DNA of 64,000 nt from a virus (taxonomy: Duplodnaviria; Caudoviricetes): positions 185,614 through 249,613 of the IMG/VR virus record IMGVR_UViG_3300035522_000179. One strand, written 5' to 3'. This document shows, one piece after another, positions 49,725-59,573 of this stretch. The stretch's first letter is position 1, and each line of letters starts with the position of its first letter. The position numbers were made by a program, and so were the translations under genes. The notes beneath the pieces were generated by a model. That model searched no databases. It was not told where the DNA came from and saw only the letters and a list, made by a program, of their open reading frames with translations.

Positions 49725-52145
49725 TTAACGATTGATTACCATCGAAATGACGCAATCTCCCTTAGGACATTTGATCATCTTCTCGGCTTTTGACACTCTA
49801 AGTTTCAACGGAATATCATTTACACTCAAAGTTTCCGGATTTGAATTCTTCTTAAAGAACGTAAGCTTTTCATTTCCTTTTACAGACTTTACGGAAACCA
49901 GATATTCATTTCCATCCAGGTTCACCAAACACAACGGTTCATCCTTTTTCTGCATCGTAGGGAACAGCTTAAGCTCCGTCTTTTTCACTTTACCAGAGGA
50001 AGTTACATACACTAAGAACTTATCATCCGATTCCATGAGATTCGCACCAACGATGTTCTCTCTGGATATCAAGTTGACAATCTTAGAACCTTTACTTCCA
50101 GGGAGTTGCAGAGGAATATCCTCTAGCTTCAAACGAACTCCATTACCAAAGTCGGTAAACAGAATCAGTTCTTTCTTAAGGTCTGCTACACAAATCGCGA
50201 CACTGAGTTCATCATCGTTATTTAAGATGAGTGCATTTCCAATAGGAGACTTAGTTGTCTTGTCAGACTTAAGCATTACGGATGTCAGAACTCTCTTTGC
50301 AATCCCTTTCTTGGTAATGCATACATACTGATATTTCTCAGTGGTCTCTGCAATCTTAGGAGCAATGGATACGGACACTACCTTTCCATTCTCTACTACA
50401 TCAATAAACTTATTGATTAAGATTCCAGGATCTTTCTCTTTCAAAAGAGGAATCTTAGAGATTGGTAACAAGAACACCTGCCCAGCACTATCAAAGATCA
50501 CCAGTGTATCACTATCTCTTGACTGAATCGGCATAATCGGTGTATTCTTTGCTTTGGTCACATATCCCATCAATGTTCCATCATTTGCAATCTTCTTGAT
50601 GTAACCATCTTCGGAAATGCCAACCACAACCTCTTTATCTGAGATGATCTCATTCTCATCGTTGATAATTCTGGACTTTCTGGGTGTGCCGTACTTATCA
50701 ATTCCTTCTTTTAGCTCTCTAATAATCTCCTTATCAATTTTACCATCAGACTTAAGAATCTCATTAATACGGTCGATATCATTTCGAAGCGCCTCCTTCT
50801 TTTCTACGTATCCTTGATAAGCATCTTTCGTAAATGCTGACGTAGGAAGACCTGCAATGATTCCAGCTTGTAAACTACTGATGTTATAGGTCTTCATCAA
50901 CCGCTCAATGTAAACTTTCTTATTCTCTGACGTTCTGGAAATCTCAAGCGTCTTATTCAAGTTGTCTTTACCAAAGATAAAGAGCTTGATATCATTGATG
51001 TGCTCTTCCTCCAATAACTGCATCAGTCGGTTGTTAAAGGAGGAACGAAGAGTATCTCTTCTGTAGTCAATCCAACTTGTCAGGAAAGATCTTACGGAAT
51101 ACTCATACGAGATGTAATCATCAATCAATGTGATGGAAGCGCCATTGGTCTTCTTTAACATTGCTTTTGATTTGTAGAGTCTCTCCAGTACATCTTCTGG
51201 ATTTGCTTTCGGATCCAGAATCACTTGTAAGATCAATCCATCTTGGTCTGTAGTTCTATCGTTTACTTCTTTGATCTCAGGAAACTTTCCTGCTAACCGA
51301 AGTTTCACTAATGCTGATACAATCATTCCAGTACTTGTCTGCATCGGAATCGATGTGAACGTAATGATGTTATTGATATGATCAATTTCTGCATGAGCTC
51401 TCATTGTGATCTTTGTATCGGACATAGGATCTTCACACAATGATTTTGCTTGCTTCTTTGTCATAATCAAATCTGCACCTGTTGCTAAATCCGGATAAAG
51501 TAAGATTTTAGATGTCGGATCTTTGATCAGTTGAATCGTTGCTTCGCATACCTCTTTAAAATTATACGGAGGGATGTTGGATGCAAACGCATAACCGATA
51601 CTGGAAAATCCACCATTGATAATCCCTACAGGGAACTTTGCCGGTAAGTATTCCGGCTCTACACTTTCTCCAGTGTATGCAACCTTCATATCTACATTCG
51701 AGTTTGCAAAGTCTTTAAAGTAACAGTCGTATGCAAAGTCACTAAGACATACATCCAAATAACGAGGAGCCGCAGGAGCATCCCCTCTGATGGATCCATT
51801 ATTACCAGGTGCATGGATCAAAGGAACGTTATTTACCCATTCCTGACTCAATGCAATGCCAACATCAGAGATCGATACGTCTCCATGAGGGTGAAACTCT
51901 ACTGCATTGGTTGCTGCTCTCGCTAACTTTAACAGGTTGCCATGATACTTCTTTGCGATATACAACCCGTAAAGAAATCTTCTCTCTACGGGTTTCAATC
52001 CATCAATCATAGAAGGAAAGTATCGATACAAATTCTTATTTGCGCCATAAATCTTTTGATAGTCTTCAGCCTTCTCCGCAATATTCGCTGTGTTGATCTT
52101 CTCTTTAAATAAAGAAGGATCTACTTTTTGATTGTTCGTTGCCAT
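49725..52145 (-). CDS. gyrA: type IIA topoisomerase subunit A (GyrA/ParC-like, with beta-pinwheel CTD)
   Basis: DGLKPVERR, FHPHGD, catalytic AAPRY, IPPYN and C-terminal pinwheel repeats. Confidence 0.9.
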   Translation of the reverse strand: MATNNQKVDPSLFKEKINTANIAEKAEDYQKIYGANKNLYRYFPSMIDGLKPVERRFLYGLYIAKKYHGNLLKLARAATNAVEFHPHGDVSISDVGIALSQEWVNNVPLIHAPGNNGSIRGDAPAAPRYLDVCLSDFAYDCYFKDFANSNVDMKVAYTGESVEPEYLPAKFPVGIINGGFSSIGYAFASNIPPYNFKEVCEATIQLIKDPTSKILLYPDLATGADLIMTKKQAKSLCEDPMSDTKITMRAHAEIDHINNIITFTSIPMQTSTGMIVSALVKLRLAGKFPEIKEVNDRTTDQDGLILQVILDPKANPEDVLERLYKSKAMLKKTNGASITLIDDYISYEYSVRSFLTSWIDYRRDTLRSSFNNRLMQLLEEEHINDIKLFIFGKDNLNKTLEISRTSENKKVYIERLMKTYNISSLQAGIIAGLPTSAFTKDAYQGYVEKKEALRNDIDRINEILKSDGKIDKEIIRELKEGIDKYGTPRKSRIINDENEIISDKEVVVGISEDGYIKKIANDGTLMGYVTKAKNTPIMPIQSRDSDTLVIFDSAGQVFLLPISKIPLLKEKDPGILINKFIDVVENGKVVSVSIAPKIAETTEKYQYVCITKKGIAKRVLTSVMLKSDKTTKSPIGNALILNNDDELSVAICVADLKKELILFTDFGNGVRLKLEDIPLQLPGSKGSKIVNLISRENIVGANLMESDDKFLVYVTSSGKVKKTELKLFPTMQKKDEPLCLVNLDGNEYLVSVKSVKGNEKLTFFKKNSNPETLSVNDIPLKLRVSKAEKMIKCPKGDCVISMVINR

Positions 52146-52157
52146 GTTTGTTTCCTC

Positions 52158-54629
52158 CTAGTTATCCAAATCATCCGGTTTGATATGGTACTCTCGCATC
52201 ATTTTCTTTCGAAGCTCTTTGTCTTTCTTCTTCTTTCCATGAAGTACATCAAAGACTTTCATCTCTTTCTTAAGATCTTCGGAAGTAAGCTGAATGAGTA
52301 CTCTAGAATAAGGATCCAGTGTTGTAGCATACAAATCTTCCGGAGTCATTTCTCCAAGTCCCTTAAAACGCTGGGAGATCTTAGGAATGTACTTCTGATA
52401 TCTTTCCGTAAACATTCCAATCGAAAGATCTTTCACTGGTTCATTATTCTCTTTCACTAATAATGTATAACCGTATTTCTTATACGTATCCAGCAAAGGA
52501 GTAATCTTTCTCATAAACTTGGAGTTTAACTCAATGGATCCAAAGTGTCCTTCTGCAACACCAAACAAAGCACAATCCTTATCATTAAACTTAATTTCCG
52601 GATAGAGCTTCTGAATAGTTGCCATCAGCTCCGTAACGAACTTCTGGTCTTTTAATCTTTCTCCAATATCAAACGTAGAATCAATGGTCGGATATTTCCA
52701 AACCAAGAAGGATGCAACTCGCTCAATCAAAAACTTGCTAATTCGGTAATGATTAGAAACCGAAGACAAATCTCTTAAATAAGATTCGGTATCAAATAAG
52801 AACTCTTTAAAATCTTTCTTATTGATAAATTCCTTTCCATGTGCAAGAATTGCAATCTCATAGTTCTTTACGACCTTATCCAAATAAAGGTCAACATACT
52901 CCTCCTTATCGTGAACAAACTTTTCTTTGTTACCGTCTTTAATTTTATAAAGAGGAGGAAGTGCTTTGTATAGATATCCTGCTTCTACTACCTGCGGTAA
53001 GCATTTCATAAAGAATGCCGCAATTGCAGAAGTAATTCCAGAACCATCAATATCTGCATCTGTTAAGATGATAATCTTATTAAAGTAAAGCTTTGACAAA
53101 TCAAAGTTCTTTCCAATTCCACAACGAAGTACTTGAACGAACGTTCTCCATTCCTTATTACCAGACTCTGGATCCATCATCTGAACCAAAGACTTATTGT
53201 AAGGATTGGCTGTCATACCACGAACTGCAAAGAATGCCTGAAAATTCGGATCTCTTCTTCTGGATGCACTACCCTTTGCGGAGTCACCCTCGACGATGAA
53301 GATTTCCCGGTAGTCATTCTTTCCCGTATTCAAAGCTCTGTCATAGTTTGGAATCTGTTGTTCTTTGATCGAAGTCATGGTTTCTTTTGCTGTTGCAACA
53401 CGTACTTTGTTTGCTTCAATACGAGCTTTTGCATTTCCTTTGACCAGTTTCACAATCGCTTTTAACTTATCTGGATTTTCCTCAAAGTACTTTACGATCT
53501 CTTCCGAAATTCCTGCACTCATAATGGGTGTCAGAATCTTTGCATTGATCTTTTCCTTTACGTTTCCTTCAAACTGTACGTTTGCATTGGTATTCAAATA
53601 CACTACCATCTTAAGACCCTGACGAATATCATTCCAGAGAATGTCGATCTTTTCTTTCTCTTTGTCCGTCATAGAATCTTTGATTGCTTTCTGAATGTAA
53701 TTACAAAAAGCTTTCTCAGCCGCATCCACATGAACACCACCTTCTGTGGTATTTGCAAAATTACAATAAGAATCATAACAAGGATCCAGACTATCATCAT
53801 AAGCAATCATCACTCCATAAGTAGCTCTTCTGTGTTTGATTACTGTAGGAGCATCAATCTTACTATCGGTATTGATTACTTCCTCATCAAACTCATCGGA
53901 TCTTACAAAATGAATCGGTTTAATAATGATCTCATCCGAACAGATATCTTCAAGAAGTCCAATTGGATCTCTCTTTTCAAACTTCCGTTTGGTGATTACC
54001 TTAAGACCTTCTCTGATCTCAAAGTGAATCTTTACATGGTCTGCAATAAAATACGAAATCTTCTCTACCCATGTCTCAATGGTATCCACCGGTAAATGCG
54101 CAGTTGCTCCCAAAAACTTCTTACTGGGAATCATCTTCGTATACATTCCATGTTTCTTATCTTTCTTGGTAAGAGGTCTCTTTTCATCTAAGACCTTCTT
54201 TCCTAACTGAAATGAGATCGTATGAACAGTCTTTTCTTTCTCACGAAAAGAGGTCATCGTAAACTCATCACTTAATGCATTACAGCAGGTAATTCCAATG
54301 CCAAACTCTCCAGCAGAATCACTTCCTGCATCTCTCATAAATTTGGAACCTGACTGTAATTTGGTACAACAAATATCAAGAGGATAGTCATCTTCTGGAA
54401 TTCCTCTTCCATCATCTTCTACGACAACGGAATCCTCTAACTTATCACAAATGATAACAATATCACTGCCGTTTGATTCCGGGTCAATGACTTCATCTAC
54501 ACTGTTTTGTACCACTTCTTTGGTAAGATGAAATTCCCCTTCTGGACCATAGCTCTTTAGATATAAATTGGTTTTCATTTGAATCTTTTCGATGTCATCT
54601 TCGATGTACATCATCTTTGCATCTGCCAT
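52158..54629 (-). CDS. gyrB: type IIA topoisomerase subunit B
   Basis: EVVQNSVDE, DDGRGIP, EGDSA, TDADIDG and RFKGLGEM. Start revised to MADAK; AACA-N6-TA at 54707-54718. Confidence 0.92.
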   Translation of the reverse strand: MADAKMMYIEDDIEKIQMKTNLYLKSYGPEGEFHLTKEVVQNSVDEVIDPESNGSDIVIICDKLEDSVVVEDDGRGIPEDDYPLDICCTKLQSGSKFMRDAGSDSAGEFGIGITCCNALSDEFTMTSFREKEKTVHTISFQLGKKVLDEKRPLTKKDKKHGMYTKMIPSKKFLGATAHLPVDTIETWVEKISYFIADHVKIHFEIREGLKVITKRKFEKRDPIGLLEDICSDEIIIKPIHFVRSDEFDEEVINTDSKIDAPTVIKHRRATYGVMIAYDDSLDPCYDSYCNFANTTEGGVHVDAAEKAFCNYIQKAIKDSMTDKEKEKIDILWNDIRQGLKMVVYLNTNANVQFEGNVKEKINAKILTPIMSAGISEEIVKYFEENPDKLKAIVKLVKGNAKARIEANKVRVATAKETMTSIKEQQIPNYDRALNTGKNDYREIFIVEGDSAKGSASRRRDPNFQAFFAVRGMTANPYNKSLVQMMDPESGNKEWRTFVQVLRCGIGKNFDLSKLYFNKIIILTDADIDGSGITSAIAAFFMKCLPQVVEAGYLYKALPPLYKIKDGNKEKFVHDKEEYVDLYLDKVVKNYEIAILAHGKEFINKKDFKEFLFDTESYLRDLSSVSNHYRISKFLIERVASFLVWKYPTIDSTFDIGERLKDQKFVTELMATIQKLYPEIKFNDKDCALFGVAEGHFGSIELNSKFMRKITPLLDTYKKYGYTLLVKENNEPVKDLSIGMFTERYQKYIPKISQRFKGLGEMTPEDLYATTLDPYSRVLIQLTSEDLKKEMKVFDVLHGKKKKDKELRKKMMREYHIKPDDLDN

Positions 54630-54775
54630 TGGTCTTAGATCCTTTCTTTTAGTTTTTATCAAAATAATAATAAATCAATTAAATAAAAAACAGGCTTTAA
54701 TTGATTTATTATTCTGTTATTCCAATAATAAGATATTATCCCTACCCTTGTAGGGTTATTTAATTTTATATAAAA

Positions 54776-54809
54776 AAAGAAACAGAGAAATTTTTATCTC
54801 TGTTTCTTT
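54776..54809 (-). terminator. intrinsic terminator
   Basis: aaagaaacagaga/tctctgtttcttt stem with a T-run on the minus strand. Confidence 0.8.
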
Positions 54810-55608
54810 CTTTTGGTACTAACCATATTTTTCTTATTATTATGACAAAAGGTATTTTCATTGTAGTCGCGTTTTTGTAGGGACGTCTCTTTAAAATATT
54901 CTTGGTCTTTAGCGAGTAAAGGTTGTGACTACCTTCTGAAAACTCTAAAGAGACGAAAAACACAACTTAATCACACTGTAGGATATGGTCTTTCCGGCAG
55001 TCTAAGTCATGGCTGTGACTTTTTTACCAATAAACACATCTACAGATTTATGTTCAGTAACCGGTAAAGTTTACTGATTGTGTGTATTTTCATATACGCT
55101 TTTTACTTATTCTCCATATAGACAGCTTGGAGGAATGAATCTTAAATAGGAAAGATGACCTTAACCCAAGATTTGAATGACACATCATATTTCAAATCTA
55201 ACAAGACCCCCTAAATGGGTCTGGTTTACATTTAATATCGTGCTTAATCTCCCGGCTCTCTGTGCTCTACGATTAACCCACGAATAACTCACATCGTAAC
55301 AATTTTACATCGTAACAGTTAACAGTTGACATTTTAGAATTATAATTGATTAACTGTCAATTATACATGTATAAATCAGGGTACTCGCCCGATATACACC
55401 TAAATAAGTTATTCTATATGTCTCGAAGAATTTATTTCACTTCGATTCTCCGACCCTCGAAGCCTATTTATTTTCATTTCGTCTATATAGAGAATGTGTT
55501 AGGAAACGTATTTCCTTTCACTTTATCCTTCCTAATTACTTAGAAAGGAGAACCCTTGCACAGTTCATTTCCCATGCAAGGAGCAACCATCTCAGGCACG
55601 TAGCAAGC
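54776..55608 (-). ncRNA. candidate large multi-helix structured RNA (~800 nt)
   Basis: No credible ORF; at least 10 helices, including a 15-bp long-range helix 55109-55123/55481-55495; most imperfect pairs are G.U on the minus strand. Confidence 0.65.
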
Positions 55609-56097
55609 TTATCTCCAGCTTCCCAGACTCGAATAATTATCGTTGTCTCTGTTCTTCTTTTTCTTCTTTACAGATTCTACTTTCTCTGCAATCGAAGCCA
55701 GCTTACGATAGTTCTTCGGGAACAGCTCAATCATAGAGCCCAACTCTGAGAAGTATCTGATATTCTCATTTGCAGTTCCAAGAGCCACAGCCAGATACTT
55801 CGCCTGGTTGTTGATCTCTCTCATTCCTTTAATCTTATTCTCAGCAGCCTCCTTATCATAGGTAGACGGCTTAAACGTACCTCCACACAAACGGCATCTG
55901 CAAACCTTTCCATCGTTATTTCCAATGGTGGGTTTTACTTTACCCTTGTGGTTGGTGGTGTGATGAACACATGCACCGCGCAGGACCTTTGTCTGCTTTT
56001 TGTTCTTACCTTTGATCTTGCCGTGCTTGGTAGTGTTCTCTTTGATGATGGATATTACGGATCCATCTCCTGCTTTATAAATTGGTTTCTTAGCCAT
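55609..56097 (-). CDS. basic Cys/His (putative Zn-binding) nucleic-acid-binding protein
   Basis: 162 aa, very Lys-rich, with ACVHH...VCRCRLCGG; gaaaggag RBS; early promoter upstream. Confidence 0.75.
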   Translation of the reverse strand: MAKKPIYKAGDGSVISIIKENTTKHGKIKGKNKKQTKVLRGACVHHTTNHKGKVKPTIGNNDGKVCRCRLCGGTFKPSTYDKEAAENKIKGMREINNQAKYLAVALGTANENIRYFSELGSMIELFPKNYRKLASIAEKVESVKKKKKNRDNDNYSSLGSWR

Positions 56098-56130
56098 AAT
56101 CTCATGACTCCTTTCGATTTATTCAATATT

Positions 56131-56139
56131 ATAATATAT
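56131..56139 (-). promoter_or_regulatory. early-type phage promoter ATATATTAT
   Basis: Intergenic, upstream of the 162-aa gene. Confidence 0.7.
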
Positions 56140-56160
56140 TACTAAATGCAAATATCCAAA

Positions 56161-57222
56161 TCAATTTGTTTTGAAGCATTTGAGTCTTGTTGCCGCCGGA
56201 GTATCGATATCCGACCGATCACAAGTAAAGATATAAAGCGGCTTCAAATCACCATAATAGCCGTTCGGAATTTTGCAATCCACCAAAGTAAATGCTTTCA
56301 CCTTTGCCTTGGTCAGATTATTGATAGTGTCTTCGAAGACATTATCTTTTATTACAAGTCCATGCTCATCCACATTGATGGGATAAACATGAATAGAAAC
56401 ATCCTCATCCAATGCCGAACTGATATTTCTCTCATTGATGATTCTGCTGATCTCTTCGGAAGACATCTTGTTTGCAGGATAGATAAATGTCGAGGTGATC
56501 CAAGAGCTACTAAGTCTCATGAATCTTCTTGAAGTTCTCTTCTTCTCCAGATTTCCATCCAGTGAAGAAAGCTTCTCAATGACATTTAACTTCTTTACAA
56601 AGGATTCTGTAAGAGCAATGTCGTAAGGGTTGGAAGTATTGAGTTCAAGTCGAATGTGCTTGTAGCAATCTCCTTCCTTCGTGTCAATCTTAATCAGAGG
56701 AAATCTCTCGTTTCCGTTACTGGTTGAAACCAGCTCATCAAATCTGTCCTGATACACCTGGAGAACACATGCGATTCCGTTATTTGTCCGGAATGTACAA
56801 ATGATCTCTGCCAGGTTATGATTTACATTGGAACGGATATATTGATGATCTTCTCCAAGAATCATAACAACGATTCTGTCTTTCCTCGTAGCAGTATCCT
56901 CTTCATCGACAAATCCAGCGATGTAAGGATTTAAGTTTTTCGGGTTTACAAACACCGAAGAAAATGGAAGATCGATGGACTGAATCGTGTAATCTCCCTC
57001 TTCCACTTTACCATGGTCAGTAACCATGCTTCCGTCAAATTTTGTATCCAAAGGATAATTCTTTTCATTCCCGCCAATCTTAATCTTTTGACTGGTTCCA
57101 TTATCCTCAGACTCTAAGAAATATACGGTATTTTCATTGCCATTCTTTGCTTTTACGACGGAAGGTGCAACATGCCAACTGGCTTTTGTTGTCTTTCCTA
57201 CATTCACGATTTGAACTCTCAT
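56161..57222 (-). CDS. hypothetical protein
   Basis: 353 aa, third gene of the tubulin operon. Confidence 0.75.
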   Translation of the reverse strand: MRVQIVNVGKTTKASWHVAPSVVKAKNGNENTVYFLESEDNGTSQKIKIGGNEKNYPLDTKFDGSMVTDHGKVEEGDYTIQSIDLPFSSVFVNPKNLNPYIAGFVDEEDTATRKDRIVVMILGEDHQYIRSNVNHNLAEIICTFRTNNGIACVLQVYQDRFDELVSTSNGNERFPLIKIDTKEGDCYKHIRLELNTSNPYDIALTESFVKKLNVIEKLSSLDGNLEKKRTSRRFMRLSSSWITSTFIYPANKMSSEEISRIINERNISSALDEDVSIHVYPINVDEHGLVIKDNVFEDTINNLTKAKVKAFTLVDCKIPNGYYGDLKPLYIFTCDRSDIDTPAATRLKCFKTN

Positions 57223-57268
57223 CTTTCAATACCCTCTTTTCTTTGTATTTGCATTTCTTGAGATCTGA

Positions 57269-58219
57269 TTAGAGAAACTCTTCGATGGTATTGTCGGCTG
57301 CTTTCATCTTCTCGACTACCTTGGTGATATTCGGGAACTCATCAGCCGGGAGAGTACCAATAAAGAATCTTCTGTTGGAATCCTTGTTCTGCTGTTTGTC
57401 TCTCTTACGATAGTTGAAGTAAGTCTTCAAGATCTCTCGGATCTCCTCTTTCTCCAATCCTTCCATCGTATTGAAACACCAGTCGGTAACCTTGTTAAAG
57501 AATTCCTTCTGTTTCTCATCGTAGTTTACATAATCAGATTTCTTCTCCAGAAGCAAATATGCGATCAAAGAAGGATAATAGTCGGATGATACGACATACT
57601 TGATCAGCTTATCGAAGTCGATATCAACGGTCTTAGAGTAGTTGTAAAGAACCATCATCATCTGACGAAGTCTGTACATTCCATGGTTCTTCAACACACT
57701 GTTGGAAGGAATGATGGACAGTACGTCAAATGCCAGGTCCTCGTTTACTCCGGCTTTCACCAGCTTCTTCAACTTCTTCTTCAGGATCAGTCTGCTCAAA
57801 TCAACGACGTCGGTCAGATCAAAATCAGCTGCCTTCTCATCGTCCTTAAGCTCTTCTGAATGAACTTTGTTTGCCTCCTTGATCACATCATAAATGATAA
57901 TAGGAAGCAGACATATATTCTCAATCTCGTCGATATCGTTCTCGACGATCTTTGTGATCTTCTTAATCAGCTTCTTATCAAACAAACGCTCATAAATGTC
58001 GTGCTTCATATCTACAACCTCTCTTACGTTTGAATAGTTGACAAGTAACTTGATAACCGCAGGAAGCTCATCAATGAGCATGTCATAATAAGCTTTCTTC
58101 TTCTCATCCTTACTCATGTAAGGATCTGCGTACTTCTTTTCATACTTTTTCTTTGTTAACGAAGCGAAATCTTTTACATCGTTAGGAATCTTAAATTCCT
58201 TTTTGTTTTCGTTAGCCAT
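57269..58219 (-). CDS. hypothetical helical protein, highly expressed codon bias
   Basis: Start revised to MANENK after the aaggag RBS. Confidence 0.75.
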   Translation of the reverse strand: MANENKKEFKIPNDVKDFASLTKKKYEKKYADPYMSKDEKKKAYYDMLIDELPAVIKLLVNYSNVREVVDMKHDIYERLFDKKLIKKITKIVENDIDEIENICLLPIIIYDVIKEANKVHSEELKDDEKAADFDLTDVVDLSRLILKKKLKKLVKAGVNEDLAFDVLSIIPSNSVLKNHGMYRLRQMMMVLYNYSKTVDIDFDKLIKYVVSSDYYPSLIAYLLLEKKSDYVNYDEKQKEFFNKVTDWCFNTMEGLEKEEIREILKTYFNYRKRDKQQNKDSNRRFFIGTLPADEFPNITKVVEKMKAADNTIEEFL

Positions 58220-58337
58220 AACGTTCTCCTTCTCTTTCTTCATAAAAATTTTTAAAGTAACGTCGAAACTAAGTAGTTCGGATTTACTTTTCGTCCTAAT
58301 ACTTAATTTCAACGTTACCTAATTAATAATTTATTAT

Positions 58338-59495
58338 TTAAACCTTATTCCGGAATTTGTTAAAGATTGCTCCGATGTCTACCTGGGTATCTTTCGGAGC
58401 CGACTCAGAATCTCTGTACTTTCTCTTGGACTGTACTTGGGAAAGCATATCGGAATCCAACTCCATATCATCTTCCTTCTTCTTCTGCAACTCATTGATC
58501 TCATCAATACGATCTTTGATCTTCCGGATGCGATCATTGATCGGAGTTAAACCTGAAGCAATGAAGAAGATGTTGTTTGCAAGTTTCCTGTCAGAGTTTA
58601 CAGAAACGTGCTCAAACTCCTCAATGGGAGAACCGATCAACTTCTGTACCTTCGGAACATGGGTGTCGAACTTTCCGAGCATAGAGTCAGAAAGGTTCAC
58701 AATCACACCGGTTCTGTTTACGATGCCATCCATCTGGATCTCCGCCTGAGCGTTCTTCTTGATCTCCGTGATCAACTTATCCTCCAGCGTGATATCATCG
58801 TCGATATCTTTCTCCTTTACATCGAATAAGGAAGCCACGAATAATCTTCCGGCAGTTGCAATCAGTGTCATAGCATCTCTTTCGTCAATGGAATTGTAAG
58901 TGGTGATTCCATTGTAATATCCACGCAGGATATTGATGTCCTCCACAATTGCTTCATTGACTTTCTTAAGCATCTCCACCGTGTAGAGCTTACTCATCTT
59001 GTCATTGTCGTAAAGCATATACGTAGAAGACGTACTGAGCTCATAAAGCTCCTGAAGATAGCTCAAGGAATTTGCCTGAGTAGACAGACCTTCTTTCATA
59101 GTAGGAAGAACTCCAACTGTAATCGGAAGAACCCCGTCAGTTCCATAGATCTCCTGAATTACATTCGAAAGAATGATACTGATTCCAGATCCGGTTCCAC
59201 CACCAGTGCTACTTACAATAAACACAATGTCCAGATCAGCAAGAAGCTGTTTTACCGACTGGTTTGAAACCAATTCTACAATAGAGTCTTCGAGGAATTT
59301 TTTAGCCTCTTCTCTATTCTTACCGGCACCTTTACCGTCACCAATCAAAAACTTCTGAATGGTATTGGGCAAGGATACCATGTCATTCTCGCTGCAGTTA
59401 ATTGCAACGACCGGAATATCAGGATATTTATTTGCACAATAAGCACAAACCTGATTTCCCGTATTTCCGCAACCAATAATACCAACGTTTAACAT
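58338..59495 (-). CDS. tubulin/FtsZ-family GTPase (PhuZ/TubZ-like)
   Basis: GIIGCGNTGNQ, GAGKN, signature GGGTGSG and T7-loop-like SIDERD. Confidence 0.9.
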   Translation of the reverse strand: MLNVGIIGCGNTGNQVCAYCANKYPDIPVVAINCSENDMVSLPNTIQKFLIGDGKGAGKNREEAKKFLEDSIVELVSNQSVKQLLADLDIVFIVSSTGGGTGSGISIILSNVIQEIYGTDGVLPITVGVLPTMKEGLSTQANSLSYLQELYELSTSSTYMLYDNDKMSKLYTVEMLKKVNEAIVEDINILRGYYNGITTYNSIDERDAMTLIATAGRLFVASLFDVKEKDIDDDITLEDKLITEIKKNAQAEIQMDGIVNRTGVIVNLSDSMLGKFDTHVPKVQKLIGSPIEEFEHVSVNSDRKLANNIFFIASGLTPINDRIRKIKDRIDEINELQKKKEDDMELDSDMLSQVQSKRKYRDSESAPKDTQVDIGAIFNKFRNKV

Positions 59496-59573
59496 CTTAA
59501 TTCTCCTTCCTATTTTTACATTCGGTATATTGTTGATACGAATATGTATACAGTTGTATATCGCATCAGTAAA

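Noticed and set aside
55290-55345. Replication origin or tubC centromere (acatcgtaaca twice, aacagtt repeats)
   Set aside because: Only two short repeats, and the strand-specific G.U pairing across the region favours an RNA. Not fully excluded.
54766-55543. Short ORFs 54766..54963 and 55346..55543
   Set aside because: Non-ATG starts, no RBS, and they overlap the terminator and helices.
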